NCBI GenBank assembly: GCA_963762145.1
Contig: CAVXJS010000011.1
Coordinates: forward strand, 864,001 to 928,000
DNA: 64,000 nt
Direction: 5' to 3'
DNA from: an uncultured Candidatus Rokubacteria bacterium
Lineage (GTDB): Bacteria > Methylomirabilota > Methylomirabilia > Rokubacteriales > CSP1-6
Of the stretch, positions 22,870-33,468 are shown piece after piece (the first letter of the stretch is position 1; every line of letters starts with the position of its first letter). Position numbers and translations under genes: made by a program. Below the pieces are notes generated by a model, which searched no databases, was not told where the DNA came from, and saw only the letters and a program-made list of their open reading frames with translations.

Positions 22870-23750
22870 CCGAGCCGACCGCCGCCGAGCCGATCCGCTT
22901 CGTCATCATCACCGGGCTCTCCGGGGCGGGGAAGAGCTACGCGATCAAGTGCCTGGAGGACCTGAACTACTTCTGCGTGGACAACCTGCCGACCACGCTG
23001 ATTCCCACCTTCGCGGAGCTCTGCGCCCAGTCGAGCCGTGGGATCTCGGCCATCGCCCTCGGCGTGGACGTGCGGGAGGGCGAGTATCTCGCCAGCATGG
23101 TGGGCACCCTCGAGGAGCTGCGGGCGCGGGGCCACCAGGTCGACGTCCTCTTCCTGGAGGCGTCGGACGAGTCGCTGGTGCGGCGCTACCACGAGACCCG
23201 GCGCCGACACCCGCTCGCGGGCGAGGGCAACGTACTCGACGGCATCCGGGCCGAGCGGAAGGCCCTGGCCCATCTCCGGGAGATCGCCGATCGCATCATC
23301 GACACGACCGCCCTGACCGTGCACCAGCTGAAGGACCAGATGATCCAGTCCTACGGCCCGCGGACGGCCCGGGGCGGGCTCACGGTGGCGCTGGTCTCGT
23401 TCGGCTTCAAGCACGGGGTGCCCTACGACGGCGATCTCGTCTTCGACGTTCGGTTCCTTCCCAACCCCCACTTCGTCGAGAAGCTGCGGCCCCTCGACGG
23501 GCGCGACCGCGCGGTCGAGGAGTTCGTGCTGTCGTTCGCGGAGAGCCGGGAGCTGCTCTCGCGGCTGGAGGGGTTGCTCAAGTTCCTCCTGCCGCTCTAC
23601 GAGCGTGAAGGGAAGGCCTACCTCACAGTGGCGGTGGGCTGCACGGGCGGGCGGCATCGTTCGGTGATGATCGTGGAAGCCCTCCGCTCATTCCTGACCG
23701 GTCTCGGCCTGAGTCCGATCGTCAGGCACCGGGACCTGGATCGTGAGTGA
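22866..23750 (+). CDS. rapZ: RNase adapter RapZ
   Basis: ITGLSGAGKS, VDNLP, ETRRRHPL, SFGFKHG, DVRFLPNPH, GCTGGRHRSV. Confidence 0.96.
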   Translation: MTEPTAAEPIRFVIITGLSGAGKSYAIKCLEDLNYFCVDNLPTTLIPTFAELCAQSSRGISAIALGVDVREGEYLASMVGTLEELRARGHQVDVLFLEASDESLVRRYHETRRRHPLAGEGNVLDGIRAERKALAHLREIADRIIDTTALTVHQLKDQMIQSYGPRTARGGLTVALVSFGFKHGVPYDGDLVFDVRFLPNPHFVEKLRPLDGRDRAVEEFVLSFAESRELLSRLEGLLKFLLPLYEREGKAYLTVAVGCTGGRHRSVMIVEALRSFLTGLGLSPIVRHRDLDRE

Positions 23751-25854
23751 CGCTCCGCTCCACTTCCTCTTCGGCATCCACAATCACCAGCCCGTCGGAA
23801 ACTTCGACGGCGTCGTCGACGACGCGATCCGCCGCGCCTACCACCCGTTCCTGCAAGCCATCGCGGAGGGCGGCGCCGGCCTCTCGCTGACCGTCCACTT
23901 CTCCGGAGGCCTGCTCGCCACCCTCAAGGAGCGCGCGCGGCCCACCTTCGACCTGCTGGGGCGCCTCGCGGCCGACGGGCAGGTGGAGCTGCTGACCGGT
24001 GGCTTCTACGAGCCGATCCTCGCCCTGCTGCCGGACTGGGACAAGCTCGGGCAGATCCAGGCCCTGAGCCAGTTCATCAAGACGAGCTTCGGAGTGACCG
24101 CGCGCGGCATGTGGCTGGCCGAGCGCATCTGGGAGCCGCAGCTCCCGCGCGTCCTGCGCGAGGCCGGGGTGGAGTTCGTCCTGGTCGACGACTCGCACTT
24201 CGCCCTCGCCGGCCTCGACCCGGAGACCCTCGGAGGTTACTACCTCACCGAGGAGCAGGGGGCCTCGGTCGCGGTGTTCCCCATCAACCAGCGGCTGCGC
24301 TACCTCGTGCCCTTCGCGGACCCGGGGGAGAGCGTCGCGTACCTGCAGACCCGCCGCGGGGCCGGCGCGGTGACGATGGTGGACGACGGCGAGAAGTTCG
24401 GAGTCTGGCCCGGCACCGAGCGGCTGGTGTACGGGGAGCGCTGGCTCGCCCGCTTCCTGGATGCGCTGCGCGCCGCTCCGTGGCTGCGCGTCTCCACGTT
24501 CTCGCGGTTCCTCGACACCGAGCCTCCGGCCGGCCGCGTCTACCTGCCGACCGCCGCGTACACCGAGATGGGCGAGTGGGCCCTGCCGCACGCCGCCGCG
24601 GCGGAGCTGCACGACGCGCGCGCCCGGCTGGCCGCGCTCCCCGACGGCGAGCGCCTCTCGCGCCTCCTGCGCGGCGGCTTCTTCCGGAATTTCCTGGTCA
24701 AGTACCCGGAGATCGGAGACGCCTACTGGAAGATGACTCGCCTCTCGCGGCGCGTGCACGAGGGCCTCACCGCGCGCCCGCGCGATCCGCGGCTCCTCGA
24801 GGCCCGCGAGCGGCTCTGGCAGGGCCAGGCCAACGACGCGTACTGGCACGGTGTGTTCGGCGGCTGCTATCTTCCGCACCTCCGCCGCGCGGTGAAGTCG
24901 GCCCTGATCGCCTGCGAGCGCCGGCTCGAGGGCCCCGGCAAGCCGCTGGGACTCGACTGCGTGCGGGCCGACGTCGACGGCGACGGGGTGGCCGAGGTTG
25001 TGGTGCGCACGCGGTCGCTCGGGCTGACCCTGCACCCGGCCCGCGGGGGGTCGCTCACCGAGCTGCTCTGGCTCGGCGGGGAGATGGACACCGCGGACGT
25101 GCTCACCCGGCGTCCGGAGCCCTATCACCGACAGGTCGCGGAGCGGCCGACGGACGCCGGCGCGGACGAGGTGAGGACGATCCACTCGGCGCCCGCGGTC
25201 AAGGAGGCGGGGCTGACCGCGCTGCTCCGCTACGATCGCTTCCGCCGCGCCTCGCTCCTCGACGGGCTGTTCCCGCCGGAGGGCGAGCTCGATCCGCTCG
25301 ACCCGTGGGATGCGGCGCGGCTCGTGATTGGCGAGCGGCCCCTCGATCACGAGGTGAAGACGTCGCCGCGCGAGGTGGCGCTGCACTGCTCGCTGCAGCG
25401 TCCCGACGGCGTGCCGATCGCGATGCAGAAGTCGGTGGTGGCGCTCGCCGACGACGCCGCGGTGACCGTGGCCTATCGCCTCCGGTGGGAAGGGGAGGAG
25501 ACGCTGGTGGCGCGGTGGGCGGTGCAGTGGAACCTCACGCTCAGCGCGGGCGACGCGCCCGGCCGCTACTACCGCGTGGCGGGACGCCCGTCGCTCGGCA
25601 GCCGCGGGTTCCTTCCGGCCGTGCACGGCCTCGCCATGGTCGACGAGTGGCTCGGGTGCGAGCTCGCGCTCCGATGGGCGAGCCCGGCCGACATCTCGTG
25701 GGCCCCGGTGGAGACGGTGTCGCTGTCCGAGACTGGCTTCGAGCGCATCTACCAGGGCTCCGCGCTGCTCTTCGCGTGGCCGCTCCGGCTCCAGCCCGGG
25801 CAGGCCTGGGAGACGTCGCTGCGCGTGGCGATCGGCGAAACCGTTACCCCTTGA
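23746..25854 (+). CDS. GH57 alpha-amylase / 4-alpha-glucanotransferase
   Basis: [42 protein letters not shown]. Confidence 0.92.
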   Translation, partial: SDAPLHFLFGIHNHQPVGNFDGVVDDAIRRAYHPFLQAIAEGGAGLSLTVHFSGGLLATLKERARPTFDLLGRLAADGQVELLTGGFYEPILALLPDWDKLGQIQALSQFIKTSFGVTARGMWLAERIWEPQLPRVLREAGVEFVLVDDSHFALAGLDPETLGGYYLTEEQGASVAVFPINQRLRYLVPFADPGESVAYLQTRRGAGAVTMVDDGEKFGVWPGTERLVYGERWLARFLDALRAAPWLRVSTFSRFLDTEPPAGRVYLPTAAYTEMGEWALPHAAAAELHDARARLAALPDGERLSRLLRGGFFRNFLVKYPEIGDAYWKMTRLSRRVHEGLTARPRDPRLLEARERLWQGQANDAYWHGVFGGCYLPHLRRAVKSALIACERRLEGPGKPLGLDCVRADVDGDGVAEVVVRTRSLGLTLHPARGGSLTELLWLGGEMDTADVLTRRPEPYHRQVAERPTDAGADEVRTIHSAPAVKEAGLTALLRYDRFRRASLLDGLFPPEGELDPLDPWDAARLVIGERPLDHEVKTSPREVALHCSLQRPDGVPIAMQKSVVALADDAAVTVAYRLRWEGEETLVARWAVQWNLTLSAGDAPGRYYRVAGRPSLGSRGFLPAVHGLAMVDEWLGCELALRWASPADISWAPVETVSLSETGFERIYQGSALLFAWPLRLQPGQAWETSLRVAIGETVTP

Positions 25855-25880
25855 GAGGCGACCGCCGGGCGTGATAGTGT
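25851..25880 (+). promoter_or_regulatory. sigma70 promoter for metK
   Basis: TTGAGA-18nt-TAGTGT with an extended TG. Confidence 0.5.
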
Positions 25881-25927
25881 CACGTACCCGCGGTCGATCG
25901 AGTCGAGAGCACAGGAGGGCAGGACGG

Positions 25928-27080
<1,153 letters not shown>

Positions 27081-27175
27081 CGCCGGACCCGTCGGGAACA
27101 CGCGGCTGAGCCCAGGTTCGACGATGTCCGTCTCGAAGCGCCCGCTCGCTGGGCAGGGGAGCTAGGGGAGTTCCC

Positions 27176-29932
27176 GTGGCCCAGTCGCCCCCGGGCGCTC
27201 GCGTCACGCCCTTGCGGCGGCCCCGGCTGGGGCTGTGGCTCCTGCTGGGCTTCATCCTGCTCAGCCTCGTCGGCCAGGCGGTTCCGCTGTACACCGACTG
27301 GCTGTGGTTCCAGGAGGTGGGCTTCGCCACCGTCTTCACCACGCGCCTGCAGGTCTCGGGCTGGCTCTTCATCGGGCTCGCCGCCGTCGTCTTCATCTTC
27401 CTCTTCATCAACCTGTCGGTGGCCGCCCGGACCGCCCCCCCGGACGTCCTGTGGGAGCTCGAGGATCAGCTCGGGCTGCCCGGACGCGCGATCCTGGAGC
27501 CGCTCGTCCGGCGGTTGCTCCTGCCGGTCATCGCGGTCATCTCGTTCTTTTCGGGGGCCCGCGCGATCGGCTCGTGGTCCACCGTGCTCGAGTACGTCAA
27601 CCGGACCCCGTTCAACCAGGCGGATCCGCTGTTCGGCCGCGACCTCGGGTTCTACTTCTTCGAGCTGCCGTTCTGGCGGATCCTCTACACGTGGTCCACC
27701 GCGCTGGTGGCCGGGACGCTCGTCCTGGTGGCCGCGGTCTACGTGCTGCAGCGCAGCCTCGTGCTCACCGCGCGCGGGCCGCGCCTCGCCGCGGGAGCCC
27801 GGACGCACCTGCTGGGCCTCGCCGCCCTCCTGCTCGTGCTCCGCGGCGTCGGCTTCTGGCTCGACCGCTTCGACCTGCTCTACGCGCCCCGCGGCTTCGT
27901 GTTTGGCGCCTCCTACAGCGACGTGCACGCCTCCCTGCCGGTGCTGCAGTGGCTGGTCGTGCTTGCGGTGCTCTGTGCGGCAGCCTGCGTGTTCCAGATG
28001 TTCCGGCCGGGCTGGCGCTTCCTGGTGGCCGGACTCGTGGTGCTGGTGGTGCTCTGGGTCGCCGGCCTCGGGATCGCCCCCGCGCTGCTCCAGAGCTACC
28101 GGGTCAAGCCCAACGAGCTCGTGTACGAGCGGCCGTACATCGAGAACAACATCCGGATGACCCGGCAGGCGTATGCCCTCGATCGGGTGGCCGAGAAGGA
28201 TTTCGCGGCCGAGGACAACCTCACCCCCGCCGCGCTCGAGCGCAACAACCTCACGATCAAGAACATCCGCCTGTGGGACCACCGGCCGCTGCTCACCACT
28301 TACGGCAAGCTGCAGGAGATCCGGACCTACTACAAGTTCCGGGACGTGGACGTGGGCCGCTACACGCTGAACGGCGAGTATCGCCAGGTGACCCTGTCCG
28401 CCCGCGAGCTCTCCTACCGCGACCTGCCGAGCCGGGGCTGGATCAACGAGCACCTGACCTACACCCACGGCTACGGGCTGGTGGCGGGGCCGGTCAACCG
28501 GATCAGCCCGGAGGGGCTGCCCGAGTTCTTCCTCAAGGACATTCCGCCCGCGGTGACGGGCGGCATGCCGAAGATCACGCGGCCCGAGATCTACTACGGT
28601 GAGATCGGTAACGAGTACGTGTTCGTGCGCACGCGCTCGCAGGAGCTGGACTACCCCTCGGGGGACCAGAACGTCTACACGCGCTACGAGGGACGGGGCG
28701 GCATCCCGGTCAACACGCTCGTCCGCAAGGCGGCCTTCGCGGCGCGCTTCGGCGCCCTCAACGTGCTGCTGTCGAACGACCTCACGCCCGAGAGCCGGGT
28801 GATGATCTACCGCGACATCGGGGCGCGGGTGCAGGAGGCGGCGCCGTTCCTGAAGTTCGACCGCGACCCGTACCTGGTCATCGCGGGCGACGGCCGCCTC
28901 GTGTGGATGGTCGACGGCTACACCACCAGCGATCGCTACCCCTACGCGACGCCGGTGCGGGGCTTCAATTACATCCGCAACTCGGTGAAGGCGACGGTGG
29001 ACGCCTTCCACGGCACCGTCAGCTACTACGTCGCCGATCCCGAGGATCCGATCATTCGAACCTACGCCAAGGCGTTCCCGGGGCTGCTCAAGCCCCTCGC
29101 CGACATGCCCAAGGACCTGCACGCGCACATCCGCTACCCGGAGGATCTCTTCTCGGTGCAGGCGCGGATGTTCGCCACCTATCACATGCAGGATCCGCAG
29201 GTCTTCTACAACAAGGAAGACCTCTGGGTCATCCCGCGGCTGCCCCAGGAGGGCCGGGACCGCGAGATGGAGCCGTACTTCATGATCATGCGGCTGCCCG
29301 GCGAGCCCAAGGAGGAGTTCGTGCTCCTCTCGGGCTTCAACCCGAGCGGCCGTGACAACATGATCGCGCTGCTGGTCGCCCGCATGGATCCGCCCCGCTA
29401 CGGCGGCCTCATCGCCTACCAGTTCCCGAAGCAGAAGCTCGTCTTCGGGCCCCGGAACATCCAGGCGCGGATCAACCAGGACCCGGTCATCTCCCAGCAG
29501 ATCGCGCTCTGGAACCAGCAGGGCTCGCGGGTGATCACCGGGAGCCTGCTCGCCATCCCCATCGACCAGTCGCTGATCTACGTGCAGCCGCTGTACCTGG
29601 CCGCCGCCGAGCAGGGCGCCCTGCCGGAGCTGCGCCGCGTGGTGGTGGCCTACGGCAACCAGATCGCGATGGAGCCAACCCTCGAGGCGTCGCTCGCGCG
29701 AGTCTTCGGCGCGCGCGTGCGCGGCGACGAGCCGGCCGGTCGCCCGGCTCCCGAGCGTCCCGGCGCCACTCCGGGCGCCCCGGCCACCGCGGCCATCGTC
29801 GAGGGCGTGCAGCGCGCCTGGGAGGCCTGGCAGCGCGGGCAGGAGGCGCTGCGCAAGGGCGACTGGGCCACCTACGGTCAGGAGCAGAAGCGGGTCGAGG
29901 AAGCCCTCCGCACCCTCCGCGAGACGCGCTAG
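27176..29932 (+). CDS. UPF0182 family membrane protein
   Basis: YTDWLWFQEVG, DPLFGRDLGFYFF, NIRLWD, HLTYTHGYG, NYIRNSVK, HIRYPEDLF. Confidence 0.93.
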   Translation: MAQSPPGARVTPLRRPRLGLWLLLGFILLSLVGQAVPLYTDWLWFQEVGFATVFTTRLQVSGWLFIGLAAVVFIFLFINLSVAARTAPPDVLWELEDQLGLPGRAILEPLVRRLLLPVIAVISFFSGARAIGSWSTVLEYVNRTPFNQADPLFGRDLGFYFFELPFWRILYTWSTALVAGTLVLVAAVYVLQRSLVLTARGPRLAAGARTHLLGLAALLLVLRGVGFWLDRFDLLYAPRGFVFGASYSDVHASLPVLQWLVVLAVLCAAACVFQMFRPGWRFLVAGLVVLVVLWVAGLGIAPALLQSYRVKPNELVYERPYIENNIRMTRQAYALDRVAEKDFAAEDNLTPAALERNNLTIKNIRLWDHRPLLTTYGKLQEIRTYYKFRDVDVGRYTLNGEYRQVTLSARELSYRDLPSRGWINEHLTYTHGYGLVAGPVNRISPEGLPEFFLKDIPPAVTGGMPKITRPEIYYGEIGNEYVFVRTRSQELDYPSGDQNVYTRYEGRGGIPVNTLVRKAAFAARFGALNVLLSNDLTPESRVMIYRDIGARVQEAAPFLKFDRDPYLVIAGDGRLVWMVDGYTTSDRYPYATPVRGFNYIRNSVKATVDAFHGTVSYYVADPEDPIIRTYAKAFPGLLKPLADMPKDLHAHIRYPEDLFSVQARMFATYHMQDPQVFYNKEDLWVIPRLPQEGRDREMEPYFMIMRLPGEPKEEFVLLSGFNPSGRDNMIALLVARMDPPRYGGLIAYQFPKQKLVFGPRNIQARINQDPVISQQIALWNQQGSRVITGSLLAIPIDQSLIYVQPLYLAAAEQGALPELRRVVVAYGNQIAMEPTLEASLARVFGARVRGDEPAGRPAPERPGATPGAPATAAIVEGVQRAWEAWQRGQEALRKGDWATYGQEQKRVEEALRTLRETR

Positions 29933-29958
29933 CTCGTCAGCCTCGCGCCGCGAGGCCT

Positions 29959-30042
29959 GGGGTCAGGTCTTACATTCCGACATCTTGATCGCCCCGGCGG
30001 AGCTGCGCCTCGCGAAAATGTCGGAATGTAAGACCTGACCCC
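29959..30042. repeat. Perfect 25-bp inverted repeat (REP/REPIN- or MITE-like)
   Basis: GGGGTCAGGTCTTACATTCCGACAT (29959-29983) and its exact reverse complement (30018-30042), with a 34-nt spacer, between convergent genes. Confidence 0.9.
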
Positions 30043-30044
30043 TG

Positions 30045-32369
30045 CTAGGTTCGGGCGCTGAGGAACAGGGCGGTGCCGATGCCCGCGAAGACGATGTTGG
30101 CCGTCCAGGCGGCGAGGGCGGCGGGCAGCAGATCGGCCTGCGCGAACGCGATCGCCACCGAGTGCACGATCCAGTAGCCCACCGCGATCACGATGGCCAC
30201 CCCGATGCCCATCGCCCGCCCGCCGCTGCGCGGCGAGACCAGCGCGAACGGAATCGCCACCAGGGCCATGATCACGTGGACGAGCGGGAACGACACCTTG
30301 GAGTAGAGCTGGACGAGGTAGCGGTTGACCCGGTGTCCGCTCTCCCGGAGCTTCGTCACGTAGGCGCGCAGCTCCAGGAAGCTCATGGTGTCGGGGGCGT
30401 TCTGGACCTGGATGAAGTCGTCGATGTTCTCCGGCATCGGCATCAGGCGCGTCGCGAACGGGTCGGACGTGACCCGATTCTGCGGGCCCATCTGGCGCAG
30501 CACGCCGTCGACGAGCTGCCAGCCCTCCGGCGTCCACTGCGCGGTGCGGGCGTCCACCCGCTCCACGAGCCGGAAGTCGGGGCTGATCTCGAGCACGGTG
30601 AGCCCCTCCATGGACTTGCCCACCGGGTCGAGGAGCGCCATGCGGAAGAAGCGCGTATCGGAGGAGCGGTACCAGATCTGGGTCTGGCGCTGGAGGTGCC
30701 GCGGGAGCTGCCCCCGGATCTTCACCCGGTCCACCTCGTCCGCCTTCGCGTTGATGTCCGGCAGCGCGACCTCCTGGAAGACGACCGCGAGGACGCTGAT
30801 GGCGCCCGCCACCAGCAGGATGGGGAGGCTCGCCCGGTAGAGGCTCACCCCGGCCGCCTTGAGCGCGTCGAGCTCCCGCTGGCGGGTGAGGGAGAGGAAG
30901 AGGAACACGGTGGCGATCAGCACGATCATCGGCAGCCCCTTGTAGAGCTCGCCGGGCATCCGGTAGAGGAAGTGCTCGAGGATCGTGACGAAGGGCGGCT
31001 TGGAGCGCAGGAAGCGGTCGAGGGTCTGCAGCAGATCCACCACCGCGATGAGGACCAGGCCGACGCCGGTCCCGATGCCGAGGAAGATCAGGTACTGCCG
31101 GACCAGGTAGCGGTCGATGATGAAGGTGGACGCGCGCGGGCCGACGAGCCGGCCGAGCCGGCGCCGCCGCCGGCGCTCCTCCAGCGGCTTGACCACCCGC
31201 CCCGATTCGCGCTCGCCGATCTTCGCCCAGAGCCGCCAGAACAGATCGACCCAGGCGGGGGGCATGCCGGCGACGCTCGCGCGCATGAGGATCACGCCGA
31301 TCACCGCGAGGATCGCGTTGGGGGTCCAGACCGCGAGGCCCGCGGGCATGCGGCCGCGGAGGGCCATGCCCTCCATCGTCGAGTAGAGGATGTAGTAGGC
31401 CACCACGATGCCGAAGCTCAGCGCGAGCGCGACCGCGCGCCCGCCCCGTTGCGCGCGGATGCCGAGCGGGAAGCCCATGATCGTGAAGACCAGCGCCGCC
31501 ACCGGCAGCGCGAAGCGCTTGTGCAGCTCGACATAGTACGGCGCCGAGATCTGCCCGGTCCGGCGCATGTTCTCCGCCTCCGCGATGAGCTCGCGCAGCG
31601 GGAGCTGCTTCTCGGGCTTCTCCTCCCGCGCGACCGCCGCGAGCGGCGAGTCGACCGGGAGGGTCATGTCGTAGAGGCTGAAGTAGGTCTGGCGGAACCG
31701 CCGGTGATCGCCCACGTCGGACTCGCTGATCGAGCCGTCCAGGAAGCGCAGGGTGATGCGGCGGGTCTTCTCGTCACTCAGGAGGCGCCCCTCGCGGGCC
31801 ACGATGATGCGGGACTGCTCGGCGTTGCGCTCGTCGGAGACGAGCAGTCCCTTGAGACGCACCTGCGACGCGCTCACCTCGTCCACGTAGATGACGAACT
31901 GGCTGAAGCTCGCGCTGAAGGTGCGCTCCTTGATCCCGGTGGTGGCCCGCGACTGGAAGATGCGGAAGAGCTGGCGCTGGAAGGCGCCGCTCGACCACGG
32001 GCCCACCACGAGGGTGAGCCACGAGATGAGCAGGGTGATGATGATGCCGATCGCGAGGAAGGGGCGGAAGAGCCGCAGGGGACTCACCCCGGACGCCTTC
32101 AGCGCGGCCACCTCGAGGTCGCCGGCCAGGCGCCCGCACACCAGCAGCACCGTCACGAGCAGGGCCATCGGCAGGGTGAGGGCCAGGAACGCGGGGAGCA
32201 TGTACAGCAGGAGCGGCATCACGAGCGCGAACGGCACGCTCTTGGTGATGACGAGGTCGGTGAGCTGGTAGATGCGATCGATGACGAGGAAGAAGGTGAA
32301 GACGCCGACGCCGATGAGGAACGGCGGGCCCATCTCCTTGTAGATGTAGCGATCGAGGATGCGGGTCAT
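30045..32369 (-). CDS. lptFG: Fused LptF-LptG LPS export permease
   Basis: Two tandem YjgP/YjgQ halves: RILDRYIYKE..EVAALKASGVS..ELHKRFALP and IIDRYLVRQY..ELDALKAAGVS..AAWTANIVF. Confidence 0.9.
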   Translation of the reverse strand: MTRILDRYIYKEMGPPFLIGVGVFTFFLVIDRIYQLTDLVITKSVPFALVMPLLLYMLPAFLALTLPMALLVTVLLVCGRLAGDLEVAALKASGVSPLRLFRPFLAIGIIITLLISWLTLVVGPWSSGAFQRQLFRIFQSRATTGIKERTFSASFSQFVIYVDEVSASQVRLKGLLVSDERNAEQSRIIVAREGRLLSDEKTRRITLRFLDGSISESDVGDHRRFRQTYFSLYDMTLPVDSPLAAVAREEKPEKQLPLRELIAEAENMRRTGQISAPYYVELHKRFALPVAALVFTIMGFPLGIRAQRGGRAVALALSFGIVVAYYILYSTMEGMALRGRMPAGLAVWTPNAILAVIGVILMRASVAGMPPAWVDLFWRLWAKIGERESGRVVKPLEERRRRRRLGRLVGPRASTFIIDRYLVRQYLIFLGIGTGVGLVLIAVVDLLQTLDRFLRSKPPFVTILEHFLYRMPGELYKGLPMIVLIATVFLFLSLTRQRELDALKAAGVSLYRASLPILLVAGAISVLAVVFQEVALPDINAKADEVDRVKIRGQLPRHLQRQTQIWYRSSDTRFFRMALLDPVGKSMEGLTVLEISPDFRLVERVDARTAQWTPEGWQLVDGVLRQMGPQNRVTSDPFATRLMPMPENIDDFIQVQNAPDTMSFLELRAYVTKLRESGHRVNRYLVQLYSKVSFPLVHVIMALVAIPFALVSPRSGGRAMGIGVAIVIAVGYWIVHSVAIAFAQADLLPAALAAWTANIVFAGIGTALFLSART

Positions 32370-32378
32370 GCGCGAACC

Positions 32379-32388
32379 ATTGTACGCT
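32379..32388. promoter_or_regulatory. Bidirectional overlapping -10 elements in a 25-bp divergent gap
   Basis: ATTGTACGCT reads TACAAT on the minus strand (9 nt before the lptFG ATG) and TACGCT on the plus strand (6 nt before ATG 32395). Confidence 0.6.
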
Positions 32389-32394
32389 AGCGCC

Positions 32395-33459
32395 ATGCCG
32401 CCATCATGGTTCCGGGTCGCCCTCGCGGCGGTCCTGCTCGCGGGCGCGGGCACGCCCGCGCCGGCGGCGGACCGGCTGGAGCACTTCCGGGCGGTGGCGC
32501 GGGAGCGCCTCGCGGGCGCGCTGGACGGCGCCGATCGGGACCGCGCCATCGGCGAGCTCTACGAGGTCGTGGACGCCGAGGTCCTCGATAGCCTCCGCGG
32601 GGAGGAGCCGTTCTCCTCGCTCGTGTTCATCCGCGAGCGCCTCGACGCGATGATGGAGAGCTGGGGCGGCGCCACCCTTCGCGTGCTGCGCATTCCCGGG
32701 GCGGGAAGCCGCCCGCCGCTGACGGTCGGCCTCTACAGCCTCACCGGGGTGGAGGGGTCGGGCTCGCTCCGGGTGTACGCGGGCACGGGCGCCCGCGCCG
32801 CGGTGGCCGCCTCGTCCACGCACGACGGGCTGCTCGACGCGCGAGTCTGGCCGGCGGGCCCGGAGCGCGTGGCGCGCGTGTTCGCGGTGTGGAGCGGTCC
32901 GCCCGCGGCGCACGGGGAGCGCACGCTGCACGCGGAGCTGTGGGAGGCGCGCGATCACGATCGGGTGACGCGCGCGTGGACCACCGGCACCCAGTGGCCC
33001 GACGGCCTCCGGGTGACGGACTGGCGCACCCAGGCCGGCGAGCTCGTGGTGCGCTACGAGCCGCGCTATCCCGGCTGGAAGCCCGGTTGCGCGGAGCAGT
33101 TCGAGCACGAGGACCACTATCGGCTCGCCTCCGCGGGAGGTCTCGCGCTGTCGCGCCGGCAGGTCGCGAACGGTTGGCATCGCGAGCTCGGGGTGGCCGC
33201 CGACCGCCTCTTCCGTGCCCTCGCCGAGGAGGACGCGCGCACCCTGGGGCTGCTCGTGCCCGCGCCGGCGCTGCGCGCGCGGCTGCCGAAGGGCCTCGGC
33301 CCCGAGCCGGTCTGCGAGCAGGCGGCCGCCGGCCCGCGCGGGCCGGTCACGGTGGCGGCCACCGAGCTGCGCGACGGCCGGCGCGTGCCCTGGGCGCTCA
33401 CCTGGACGCGCGGTCCGGCCGGCTGGCGGGTCCAGACTGCCGTCCCCGTGCTACAATGA
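32395..33459 (+). CDS. Secreted hypothetical protein
   Basis: Signal peptide (..LAAVLLAGAGTPAPA-AD), genome-like codon usage, no recognised domain. Confidence 0.75.
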   Translation: MPPSWFRVALAAVLLAGAGTPAPAADRLEHFRAVARERLAGALDGADRDRAIGELYEVVDAEVLDSLRGEEPFSSLVFIRERLDAMMESWGGATLRVLRIPGAGSRPPLTVGLYSLTGVEGSGSLRVYAGTGARAAVAASSTHDGLLDARVWPAGPERVARVFAVWSGPPAAHGERTLHAELWEARDHDRVTRAWTTGTQWPDGLRVTDWRTQAGELVVRYEPRYPGWKPGCAEQFEHEDHYRLASAGGLALSRRQVANGWHRELGVAADRLFRALAEEDARTLGLLVPAPALRARLPKGLGPEPVCEQAAAGPRGPVTVAATELRDGRRVPWALTWTRGPAGWRVQTAVPVLQ

Positions 33460-33468
33460 CGCGATAAC

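Noticed and set aside
27081-27175. SAH or ZTP riboswitch after metK
   Set aside because: Only fragments resemble the consensus (ccagg, ctgggca); core conserved segments are missing
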